A stretch of DNA of 64,000 bases from an uncultured Gammaproteobacteria bacterium (lineage in GTDB: Bacteria > Patescibacteriota > Patescibacteriia > UBA11705 > JABHMO01): positions 7,133 to 71,132 of the forward strand of contig CAZMEQ010000002.1 in the NCBI GenBank assembly GCA_964565345.1, in the 5' to 3' direction. The position numbers and the translations under genes were made by a program. Positions 31,305 through 40,457 of the stretch are shown here, in pieces; position 1 is the first letter of the stretch, and the number at the start of each line of letters is the position of its first letter. The notes beneath the pieces are model-generated. The model was given only the letters and a program-made list of their open reading frames with translations, searched no databases and was not told the origin of the DNA.

Positions 31305-31763
31305 TTATTTTTGCAACAGGGTTTTTACAACCTGACTTATAACCTTGCCATCTGCACCCCCCTGTAACTCGGCCATGACCTTTTTCATAACCAAACCAAA
31401 ATTCCCTTTTTCTTCATCACTCAAACTAGCAACAACTTCTGTGGCTTTAGCCAAAACTTCAGCCTCAGACATTTGTGCTGGTAAATACTTATTAAGTATT
31501 TCAATTTCAATTACTTCTTTATCAGCCAAGTCAGCACGATTCCCTTGTTTATATACTTCAATTGAATCTTGCCTTTTTTTTATTTCTGACTTTAACACCG
31601 CCACGGCTTCGTTTTCTTCTAAAACCTTTTTCCCCATTTCAATCGCCTTATACATAAAAGACGAACGCAACATGCGTAACACGCCTAAAGTTGGCTCATT
31701 TTTTGCTTTCATGGCCATTAAAAAGTCAGAATCAATGTCCTTGATTATCGCCATAACTTTCAT
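31305..31763 (-). CDS. GatB/YqeY domain protein
   Basis: AMKAK...KKRQDSIEVY..GNRADLADKE..YLPAQMSE...ADGK. Confidence 0.92.
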   Translation of the reverse strand: MKVMAIIKDIDSDFLMAMKAKNEPTLGVLRMLRSSFMYKAIEMGKKVLEENEAVAVLKSEIKKRQDSIEVYKQGNRADLADKEVIEIEILNKYLPAQMSEAEVLAKATEVVASLSDEEKGNFGLVMKKVMAELQGGADGKVISQVVKTLLQK

Positions 31764-31808
31764 TCAAATTATACAACATTTATCAATAATCCCAAAATAA
31801 CTTGGGGA

Positions 31809-32054
31809 TTAACGTCGTTTTGTTTTCTTCTTATCTTCAACTAAACGACCAGTCTTTTTCATGAATTCTAATTTTTCGCGATATTTTTTTCGTTCTACCG
31901 CTAATAAATTCTGTTTATTGCGGCTATGTTTTTTTTGTTCATGTGCGCGTCCCTTAAACTCCAAAATAACCTTGCTTTGAATCAAGCGTTTATTAAAACG
32001 TCTTAAAAAAGATTCGAATGTCTCTCCTTTTTTGCGCTTTACTTCAATTGCCAT
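31809..32054 (-). CDS. rpsU: 30S ribosomal protein S21
   Basis: EVKRKKGETFESFLRRF; small and basic; upstream of yqeY. Confidence 0.85.
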   Translation of the reverse strand: MAIEVKRKKGETFESFLRRFNKRLIQSKVILEFKGRAHEQKKHSRNKQNLLAVERKKYREKLEFMKKTGRLVEDKKKTKRR

Positions 32055-32134
32055 GTTAAAACAACTCCTTAAAGTTTATTTTTCTAACTGCTCAACTTTA
32101 AACTAAATTTAAACAAAAGTCAAGACAGCAAACA

Positions 32135-33454
32135 CTATTTTTTCAATCTCTTTTTTATCTCGGGAATAATACGGTTTTGATTAATTACCTCTTGAATACC
32201 ACTCTCCAAATCACGCAAGAGCACAGTACCTTCGACTATCTCCTTTTGCCCAAATATTAGAACTAATTTAGCATTTGCCTTTTTGGCTAATTCTAGTTGT
32301 GCTTTTAAACTGCTCTTAGAGAAATTAGCTCGGACAGTGAAGTCTTCGTGTCTAATTTTTTCATAAATAGCAAAAGCTTTTTGCCGAGCCTGTTCACTTA
32401 GCTGTGTAACAAAAACATCTAAATCTGGTCCAGCTGGAAGTTCCACTTTACTGTTTTTCATCTGGTTAACTAATCGCTCTAAGCCAAAAGCAAAACCAGC
32501 TGCTGGAGTTCGGTCGCCACCAACCATTTCAATTAAATAATCATAACGTCCGCCACCAGCCAAAACCACCGGAGGCGTTTTTTCATCGTCAGACTTAGTT
32601 GTAATTTCAAAAACAGTTTTTGAATAATAATCAAAGGTGCGCAACAAGAAAGGATCCAAACGATAGGGGATTTTTAATTCATCGAGATATTCCAACACTT
32701 TAAATAAATGACTACGACATTCATCGCACAGCCAATCAATGGTCTGGGGCATTTCTTCGCGCAACTTTAAACACTTTGCATTATCGCAAGAGAAGAAACG
32801 CATTGGATCGCGCCCGGCGCTCTTGCGGCAATCAGCACAAACAGCAGCACGTTTTGACTTTAAAAAGCCGGCTAATGTTTTTTTGTATTCCGGACGACAA
32901 ACAGCGCACCCCAAACTATTCAAACGGATCTCGGACTCAAGCATTAAATTCTTTAACAAATAATGCCCTAGAATTATCAATTCAGCATCTATGGCTGCCG
33001 TAGCGTCACCAATAATTTCGAAACCAACCTGGGTGAATTGTCTAAAGGTATTTTCTTCCACTCTGCCCTGTCTGAACATGGGCCCCCAATAATAAACTTT
33101 TAATGGCATGGTTTGATTAACCATGTTGTGCGCCACAAAAGCGCGGGCGATTGAAGTTGTTGCTTCTGGACGCAAAGCCAATTTTTCACCACGATCAATA
33201 AAACTAAAGAGTTCTTTATCAGCTAAACCGTTTTGTTTAAATAAGGTGTGATTAAAAAGTTCATACTTCTCGATGACCGGAGTTTCAATTCTTTTAAAAC
33301 TATAATCATCAATAAGCTTGACCACTGTTCTCTCAACAAATTCCCAGTAACGGGCGTCTGTTGGCAAAACATCCTTCATCCCCATAATTAGGGGTGGAGT
33401 TTTCATCGAACGGATATCCTCCTGTGGTTGATCCTCTTTTTTGCGTCGTGGCAT
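32135..33454 (-). CDS. hisS: Histidine--tRNA ligase
   Basis: GMKDVLP, LRPEAT, GPMFR..RQFTQ, DYYSKTVFE, GGGRYD, GFAFGLER. Confidence 0.93.
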   Translation of the reverse strand: MPRRKKEDQPQEDIRSMKTPPLIMGMKDVLPTDARYWEFVERTVVKLIDDYSFKRIETPVIEKYELFNHTLFKQNGLADKELFSFIDRGEKLALRPEATTSIARAFVAHNMVNQTMPLKVYYWGPMFRQGRVEENTFRQFTQVGFEIIGDATAAIDAELIILGHYLLKNLMLESEIRLNSLGCAVCRPEYKKTLAGFLKSKRAAVCADCRKSAGRDPMRFFSCDNAKCLKLREEMPQTIDWLCDECRSHLFKVLEYLDELKIPYRLDPFLLRTFDYYSKTVFEITTKSDDEKTPPVVLAGGGRYDYLIEMVGGDRTPAAGFAFGLERLVNQMKNSKVELPAGPDLDVFVTQLSEQARQKAFAIYEKIRHEDFTVRANFSKSSLKAQLELAKKANAKLVLIFGQKEIVEGTVLLRDLESGIQEVINQNRIIPEIKKRLKK

Positions 33455-33538
33455 ATTTTTATGTTTTACAAATTTTATCCCTGCCCATAGACGGGCTTAT
33501 CAAAACTTGTTTCTTATATATAAATAATCATTTTTTTG

Positions 33539-34159
33539 CTATTGCTTATCTTCGGTAACAAAAGGAGTAGCTTCGTATTTAACGCCAGAAAATATTTTGG
33601 CACGCCAAACTGGCCAACCTCGCAACCAAACTCGTCCAATTATCAAATCTTTAAAAACTGGGCCAAAACTTCGGGAGTCCAGACTTTCCCCCCTATTATC
33701 GCCCAGTACATAATACTCATCTGGACCCAATGTCCAAACATTGTTGCCAGTTGTTTCTATGTCCGGCAAATAAGCGTTTTCATCTAGAATAAACTTTTTC
33801 CCTTCTTTGGGATATATGTAAACTTTTTTGTCTTTTATTTCAACTTTTTCACCAGGCAGACCAACTACTCTTTTAATAAAATATTGTGATGGTACTTTAG
33901 GATACCTAAAAACAATAATATCACCGCGTTCCGGCTCCCCAAATCGATAGGATATTTCATCAACGATTAAATATTCATGATCATAAAAACTTGGCTCCAT
34001 CGACGCCCCTTTAACATAAAAGGGCTGGATAACAAAATATCGTACCGGGATAATTATAGCCAATGAGATTGTGACAACTTTTAAAAGGTCCCAAATAAAC
34101 TGAATAACTTTTTGGCCGAAACTTAAGTCTTCTTCGTCGTAATTATTATATTCATTCAT
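33539..34159 (-). CDS. lepB: Signal peptidase I
   Basis: GASMEP, FIKRVVGLPGE, LGDNRGESLDSR. Confidence 0.96.
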   Translation of the reverse strand: MNEYNNYDEEDLSFGQKVIQFIWDLLKVVTISLAIIIPVRYFVIQPFYVKGASMEPSFYDHEYLIVDEISYRFGEPERGDIIVFRYPKVPSQYFIKRVVGLPGEKVEIKDKKVYIYPKEGKKFILDENAYLPDIETTGNNVWTLGPDEYYVLGDNRGESLDSRSFGPVFKDLIIGRVWLRGWPVWRAKIFSGVKYEATPFVTEDKQ

Positions 34160-34329
34160 GTAATTAAAAGGTAAATTTATAATACAAAGAACAATAAAAT
34201 TTGTTCTTTTTTACTAGCAAGGGTCATTATACCACTCCAGGGCGGAATAAGCAAACCACTTTCTTGTAAACTTAGAGTTAATCAACTATAATATCTAAGT
34301 AAAATATTTTTACGCAAAAATTTTTTATT

Positions 34330-35757
34330 ATGAAAAAAAATATCTTCTCGAATTCAGGCTTCGAACCACCCCGTATCAACCTACTATCTCGTGATGATAA
34401 TCGCCAGCCACGCGGCAAAAAAGTCTTCCGCATCAGCCGATTTATTCTCTATCTTTTTACGATTTTAATAATTGCTTTTGTTGCTTTTTCTTACGAGGTA
34501 CTTATAACTAACAACAGCATTACAGATGTTTTTTCCGGAAAAATAAACATTTTTAAACAACTCAATATCTTGGCTGGTGATGGCAGTCGCCTCCAAGGTG
34601 AGGCTGAAGATCGCATCAATATTTTGCTCTTAGGCATGGGTGGAGCCGAACATGATGGCCCATATCTAACCGACACCCTAATTCTCGTAAGTATAAAACC
34701 TTCAACTAAGCGCGTGGCAATGATTTCTATCCCCCGAGATTTATTGGTTGAAATCCCTGGCTATGGCTGGTGGAAAATAAATAGCGCCAACTCCTTTGGA
34801 GAAAAACAAAGTTCTGGTAATGGCGCTAATCTTTCCAAAGAAGTAGTCAAAAATATCTTTGGTTTACCCATACATTATTATGTCCGGGTTGACTTCTCTG
34901 GTTTTGAACAAATGATTGACACTGTTGACGGAATAAAAGTTGAAGTTGATAAAAGTTTTGTTGATTATCAATACCCCACTAATGATTATAAATATCAAAT
35001 TATCTCCTTTGAACAGGGCTGGCAAACCATGGATGGTGATGCTGCTTTAAAATATGCCCGCTCACGCCATGGGAACAATGGTGAAGGTTCTGATTTTGCA
35101 CGCAGCAAACGTCAACAAAAGATTTTGCAAGCCTTTAAACAACGCGTTTTATCAAAAGAGGTGCTTCTTAGTCCGCGCAAAATCAGCAATCTCTCGCGTG
35201 ATTTAGCCGAGCACCTTAGAACTGATTTAGAACCGTGGGAGGTTGTAAAACTGGCGCAACTAATGAAAGATATCAACACAGACGAAATTATAAATCGCGT
35301 CTTAGACGATAGCCCTGGTGGTTATCTGTATCCCAACTTTGTAAACTCGGCCTATGTCCTCCAACCGCGAGGCAACGATTTTGGACAAATCCAAGAATTA
35401 GCACACAACATTTTTACTATTTCAGAGCCAGGTCAAACCTTAACGCACACAGCAATTAATGTTGAAATTAAAAATGGAACAACAATAACAGGGCTGGGAT
35501 CGCGCCATGCGCAAGAGCTGAAACTTAGTGGGTATCGGGTACTACAAGTTGGCAACGCTCCGAGTCAAGACTATGCAGCTACCGAAATATATAAGCTAAG
35601 CGGACGCGAATTGCCGGACCAAATTACTGAGCTTGAAAAAAAATATCAAACAACTGTAATCAAAAACACCGTGCCTGACTGGATAAAAAACATGGCGGCA
35701 CCCGACCTTGACTTCTTTATAATATTAGGAGAGAATTCAGATTCTAGAGCAAATTAA
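34330..35757 (+). CDS. LCP-family phosphotransferase with LytR C-terminal domain
   Basis: INILLLG, TDTLIL, SIPRD, YARSRH, DFARSKRQQ, VEIKNGT. Confidence 0.92.
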   Translation: MKKNIFSNSGFEPPRINLLSRDDNRQPRGKKVFRISRFILYLFTILIIAFVAFSYEVLITNNSITDVFSGKINIFKQLNILAGDGSRLQGEAEDRINILLLGMGGAEHDGPYLTDTLILVSIKPSTKRVAMISIPRDLLVEIPGYGWWKINSANSFGEKQSSGNGANLSKEVVKNIFGLPIHYYVRVDFSGFEQMIDTVDGIKVEVDKSFVDYQYPTNDYKYQIISFEQGWQTMDGDAALKYARSRHGNNGEGSDFARSKRQQKILQAFKQRVLSKEVLLSPRKISNLSRDLAEHLRTDLEPWEVVKLAQLMKDINTDEIINRVLDDSPGGYLYPNFVNSAYVLQPRGNDFGQIQELAHNIFTISEPGQTLTHTAINVEIKNGTTITGLGSRHAQELKLSGYRVLQVGNAPSQDYAATEIYKLSGRELPDQITELEKKYQTTVIKNTVPDWIKNMAAPDLDFFIILGENSDSRAN

Positions 35758-35759
35758 CT

Positions 35760-37166
35760 ATGCGACGCATAATCGAAAATTATCCCCTCATCACTCTCGT
35801 AGGCCGGACCAACGTGGGAAAATCAACACTTTTTAACCGCTTAGTCGGAGACAAAAAAGCTTTGGTTTCTTCTATTCCCGGGACCACGCGCGACCAACGC
35901 GTGGGCATTTGTAATTGGCAAAATAAAAATATTCAAGTCTGCGACACCGCGGGATTAGATGTTTCGTTGGAAGAAGAAATAGACAAACAATCAGTAAAAA
36001 AGGCAGAGGCCATGGCTAAAAAAGCTGACATTGTATTACTTGTTGTAGATATTCGTGATGGGCTACTACCACAAGACAAGGAATATGCTCAAAAACTGAA
36101 AAGAATGAAAAAAAAAGTCTATGTTGTAGTTAATAAAGTAGACTCCCAAAAACAATTAGCAGAAACTAATACATTTTATCGCTTAGGCTTTAAAGACCTT
36201 TTTATTATTTCTTCTAAATCAGGTGCCGGCGTGGGCGATTTGCTTGACGCTATAATGAAAAATTTTAATAGCGCAAAAACTAAAGAACAACACATTGATG
36301 AATATACCAATGAAATAAAAATTGCCATTGTAGGCAAACCAAATGTGGGAAAATCCTCCCTGATAAATAAAATAGCGGGTGAAGATCGCGCCATTGTTTC
36401 TTCTATCCCCCACACCACGCGCGACAGCCAAGACATAACCGTTGAACATAACGACGACAAAGGGCAAACCTACAATCTGACCTTTATTGATACTGCAGGG
36501 ATAATAAAACAACGGAAAATAAACGATAAATTAAAAGAACAAAGCATCGAACAAAGTTATGAAATGATTCGTCGTAGCGATTTAGTTTTGTTAGTTTTAG
36601 ATGGAGCCAGCGAGGTTACAGTACAAGATAAAAGCTTGGCCGGAGAAATCTTAGAGAACAACAAATCGCTCATCTTTGTTATTAACAAATGGGATTTGAT
36701 TCCCGAAAAAGATACTCATAGCGACAAAAAATATATTGAATTTTTGCATAAGCATTTTGCTTACCTAACCTGGGCGCCGGTAATTTTCGTTTCAGCTAAA
36801 ACCGGCTTTAAAGTTGATCGTTTAGTAAAAATAGTAACCGAAATTTATCAAAATCAAAACTTAATTATTCCTCAAGCATCTTTAGACGAACTGCTTAAAA
36901 AAATCTTACGCAAGCAAACACCAAAAGTAGCCATGGGAGCACTACTCCCCAAAATTTATACACTCGAACAAATAAGAACAAATCCACAAACATTTTTACT
37001 TTCCGCCAAAAACATAAAGAACATTCATTTCTCGTATCGTCGCTTTATTCAAAACCAAATTCGTGAAAAATACAAATTGTCCGGTTGCGGAATAAAAATA
37101 AAATTAGAAGAAATTCAGGATGTTCGAAAAATTGATCCAACCTTTAAGAATAAGAGATCAAAATAA
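35760..37166 (+). CDS. der: Ribosome biogenesis GTPase Der
   Basis: Two G-domains: GRTNVGKS/DTAG/NKVD and GKPNVGKS/DTAG/NKWD. Confidence 0.96.
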   Translation: MRRIIENYPLITLVGRTNVGKSTLFNRLVGDKKALVSSIPGTTRDQRVGICNWQNKNIQVCDTAGLDVSLEEEIDKQSVKKAEAMAKKADIVLLVVDIRDGLLPQDKEYAQKLKRMKKKVYVVVNKVDSQKQLAETNTFYRLGFKDLFIISSKSGAGVGDLLDAIMKNFNSAKTKEQHIDEYTNEIKIAIVGKPNVGKSSLINKIAGEDRAIVSSIPHTTRDSQDITVEHNDDKGQTYNLTFIDTAGIIKQRKINDKLKEQSIEQSYEMIRRSDLVLLVLDGASEVTVQDKSLAGEILENNKSLIFVINKWDLIPEKDTHSDKKYIEFLHKHFAYLTWAPVIFVSAKTGFKVDRLVKIVTEIYQNQNLIIPQASLDELLKKILRKQTPKVAMGALLPKIYTLEQIRTNPQTFLLSAKNIKNIHFSYRRFIQNQIREKYKLSGCGIKIKLEEIQDVRKIDPTFKNKRSK

Positions 37167-37172
37167 AAACGC

Positions 37173-37718
37173 ATGAAACTTCTTGTTGGCCTGGGAAACC
37201 CAGGTAAAAATTACGACAACACACGCCACAACATTGGCTTCGCCATGATTGATTTTTTATATTCAGAATGGCTTAAAAAAGAAAACTTTGATGCTTGGGG
37301 CATTAACAAAAAATTTAAAGCTGAGCTCACGGTTGGGATTATTAATGGAGACAAAGTAATGCTGGTAAAACCGCTAACCTTTATGAACAACTCCGGCGAA
37401 ACGGTTCAAGCGCTAGCGGGTTATTTTAAAATAGCCAATAAAGACATTTACATCTTTCACGATGAATTAGATTTACTCTGCGGTAATTATAAAATCCAAT
37501 TCAATCGCTCTGGCGCTGGCCACAATGGGGTCCTTTCCATTATCGAAAAACTGGGCTCACAGGAATTCAATCGCATCCGTATAGGCATCGCCAAGCCTGA
37601 TAAACAAAAACAAGGCCAAGGTGCCGATTATGTGTTAAATAAATTTAATCTTATAGAAAAAATAAAATTAAAAGAGGTTAAAAAGAAAATTCTAGAAGAA
37701 ATAAAAAAAATTATATAA
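37173..37718 (+). CDS. pth: Peptidyl-tRNA hydrolase
   Basis: GLGNPG, TRHNIG, KPLTFMNNSG, HDELD, GHNG. Confidence 0.97.
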   Translation: MKLLVGLGNPGKNYDNTRHNIGFAMIDFLYSEWLKKENFDAWGINKKFKAELTVGIINGDKVMLVKPLTFMNNSGETVQALAGYFKIANKDIYIFHDELDLLCGNYKIQFNRSGAGHNGVLSIIEKLGSQEFNRIRIGIAKPDKQKQGQGADYVLNKFNLIEKIKLKEVKKKILEEIKKII

Positions 37719-37899
37719 AAAAAGTCGGCCTGCAGCCGTCTTTTTTTGTTATATCCCAACGCTTTAATGCTTACCAGAAAGAATACTCCGACAGTAGAGG
37801 AGGGGCCACTGATCGTTTTTGCTAACTGATAAGCATGAAAGCGCTGATAACCAGCAATATTTCACACAACTTTAAGGCATTCACCTCTCTCTGTCAAGA
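37717..37899 (-). ncRNA. Candidate structured small RNA (~180 nt)
   Basis: Extended -10 (TGTGTTATACT, -10 at 37906-37911); 21-nt helix 37757-37777/37826-37846 and interleaved helix 37788-37800/37884-37897, both improved by G-U pairs only on the minus strand; ends in the hairpin plus U-run at 37719-37747. Confidence 0.5.
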
Positions 37900-38002
37900 A
37901 AGCAAAGTATAACACAGCCTATTTCAGCTTTCTTTAGACTAAATTTAGATAAATATTCACCTAAAATTGAAAACTGATCTTCTCTGCCCTATCCTTACTA
38001 TC

Positions 38003-39103
38003 ATGGAGAATAATGAAGAACTGAAATATTGGCTTGCTTTTGCCAAGATCAAAAATCTACGGCACAAACAGTTTCTTTTTTTTAGAAAAAAGTTCCAGTC
38101 CTTAGCTCACTTTTGGCATGCTTCTGTAAAAGAATTGCTTACCGCCGACCTTCCCCAATCCACAATTCAAGAAATTATTCAGCAAAAAAATACTATATAC
38201 CCCGAGAAAGCTCTCGCGGAAATCAAAAAAAATGACATCCAGGTTATAACCTACGACTCGGCAGAATTCCCGCCTTTATTAAAACAAATTGCTTGTCCGC
38301 CACTTCTTCTTTTTTGTCGTGGCAACATAGATATCCTGAAACAAAATTTATTGGCCATAGTGGGCACAAGAAAATTTTCTTCTTATGGAAAAATCGTCAG
38401 CGAAAAAATAACGCAAGAGGCCCTAGACCACCAGTTAATTCCGATTAGTGGACTGGCCCTTGGTATAGATGCGCTCGTTCATAACACTTGCGTTCAAAAC
38501 AAATTTTCTACCCTGGCCGTGCTTGGTGCCGGAGTTGATAATGATAACATATATCCGCGACAAAACTTTTTTTTAGCTCAACAAATAATAAAAAATAATG
38601 GCTTAATTATTTCTGAATATGCGCCTGGCACAAAAGTACAAAAATATCACTTTCCAGCACGTAATCGCTTGATTTCTGGATTATCTCTTGGTACGCTTGT
38701 GACCGAAGCCAAAGAAAAATCCGGAGCACTAATTACAGCTCACTTTGCACTAGAGCAAAATCGCGAAGTTTTTGCCATCCCAGGACCAATTAACAGCCCC
38801 ACCTCGTATGGTACAAATAAATTAATCCAACAAGGAGCAAAACTTGTTTCTTCTATTAACGATGTTTTAGAAGAATTGAATCTAACCCAGGTACAAAAAG
38901 TCGAAAAAACAAAACCGATGTTTCAGCTATCTCCTGAGGAACAAATAATAGTTAACTTCTTATCCGGTGGCAAAAAACATATTAATGAAATCGCTCAAAA
39001 TTGTAACATCCCAACCGCCACAATTAATTCATTGCTAATTCAGATGGAGCTTTCCAACAGAATAAAAAATAACGGAAACCTGTATTATTCAAATAACATT
39101 TAA
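38003..39103 (+). CDS. dprA: DNA processing protein DprA
   Basis: AIVGTR, ISGLALGID, FPARNRLISGLS, SGALITA, REVFAIPG; start refined to MENNEE. Confidence 0.95.
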   Translation: MENNEELKYWLAFAKIKNLRHKQFLFFRKKFQSLAHFWHASVKELLTADLPQSTIQEIIQQKNTIYPEKALAEIKKNDIQVITYDSAEFPPLLKQIACPPLLLFCRGNIDILKQNLLAIVGTRKFSSYGKIVSEKITQEALDHQLIPISGLALGIDALVHNTCVQNKFSTLAVLGAGVDNDNIYPRQNFFLAQQIIKNNGLIISEYAPGTKVQKYHFPARNRLISGLSLGTLVTEAKEKSGALITAHFALEQNREVFAIPGPINSPTSYGTNKLIQQGAKLVSSINDVLEELNLTQVQKVEKTKPMFQLSPEEQIIVNFLSGGKKHINEIAQNCNIPTATINSLLIQMELSNRIKNNGNLYYSNNI

Positions 39104-39106
39104 TAT

Positions 39107-40375
39107 ATGCAACTCACAAAATATCGAGCTTTTTTAACTGCTCTAAATTATTTAGAATCATTGGGAAATTTAAAAGAAAAAGACTTTTTTGCTGGTCACA
39201 AAGATCCACGACCGCAGTTTAAACGCATGCAACACTTATTAAAATTAGCTGGACACCCGGATCAAAAATTAAAAATAATTCACATCACCGGAACTAGTGG
39301 CAAGGGCAGCACTGCCAACCATATATATAATATTTTGCAAAAAGCAGGTTATAAGGTTGGCGCATATTTTTCGCCCCATGTTTCTGTCCCCACAGAAAAA
39401 ATTCAAATCAACAATAAGTTTATTTCAACGGATGAATTTTGTTCCTTGGTCGAAAAAATGAAACCAATTATCGAACGCTGTTATAAAACCTTGGACACCC
39501 CAAGCCATTTTGAAGTTTGGTTTCTTTTATCACTTCTTTATTTCAAAGAACAAAAGTGCGACTATGTTGTACTTGAAGTTGGCTGCGGAGGCCGACATGA
39601 CGCTACTAATGCTGTACAAAAAACTATTCTTTCTACCATAACAAATATTGGTCTAGATCATACCCACATTTTGGGAAATACCTACGAAGAAATAGCGTAC
39701 GAAAAAGCAGGCATTATTCGTCCCAAGGGAGTTGTGTTTACGGCAACTGAAAGACCCAGCGCGCTGAAAGTAATTCAAGATGAAGCTGATAAGAAAAAAG
39801 CTGACTTAACCATTCTGCAAAACCAGAATGATCCCAATGCCGCCTTAGCCATAGCCATGGCCGAACATTTAAATGTTTCAGAGAAGCATATTACGCAAGG
39901 CCTCAAACAAAAAAAACTTCCAGCCCGTTTTGAAGTTGTCCAAAAAAAACCTTTTGTCATTCTAGACGGTGCGCACAACATTGATAAGATGAACTTTTTT
40001 ATTAACAAGTTAAATCAATTTAAAAGAGAACAAGCCCCTAAAGCTAAAATAATCGCCATTTGCGCTTTAACCAGTCAAAAAGATAGCCGAGCCATACTCG
40101 GACCCCTCTTTAAATCGGTCGATAAAATTTTATTAACTCGTTTTACCACAACCTTCCGCAAAGTCACTCCTCCCTTAGAAATAAAAAAACATTGTCCCAA
40201 AAAGAAACTCGGGGCCCTGTATCTAAACCCCGAGGCGGCATTAAAGCAAGCTCTTAAAATCGCCAAGCCAGAAGACATTATTATTATAACGGGCTCCTTC
40301 TTTTTGTGTGGTGATTTACGCGGTTACTGGCACGATGAAGTTGAACAACTCGAAAAAAGAACAAACTTTGTTTAA
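39107..40375 (+). CDS. folC: Folylpolyglutamate synthase/dihydrofolate synthase family Mur ligase
   Basis: HITGTSGKGS, EVGCGGRHDATN, DHTHILG, LDGAHN, TGSFFL. Confidence 0.88.
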   Translation: MQLTKYRAFLTALNYLESLGNLKEKDFFAGHKDPRPQFKRMQHLLKLAGHPDQKLKIIHITGTSGKGSTANHIYNILQKAGYKVGAYFSPHVSVPTEKIQINNKFISTDEFCSLVEKMKPIIERCYKTLDTPSHFEVWFLLSLLYFKEQKCDYVVLEVGCGGRHDATNAVQKTILSTITNIGLDHTHILGNTYEEIAYEKAGIIRPKGVVFTATERPSALKVIQDEADKKKADLTILQNQNDPNAALAIAMAEHLNVSEKHITQGLKQKKLPARFEVVQKKPFVILDGAHNIDKMNFFINKLNQFKREQAPKAKIIAICALTSQKDSRAILGPLFKSVDKILLTRFTTTFRKVTPPLEIKKHCPKKKLGALYLNPEAALKQALKIAKPEDIIIITGSFFLCGDLRGYWHDEVEQLEKRTNFV

Positions 40376-40457
40376 TAAAAAATTATTGATTAAAATAAAA
40401 TAAAAATTTGACAAAAAAAATGTCGTCTGGCATATTAAGTCAGAAATCAATATCTTT

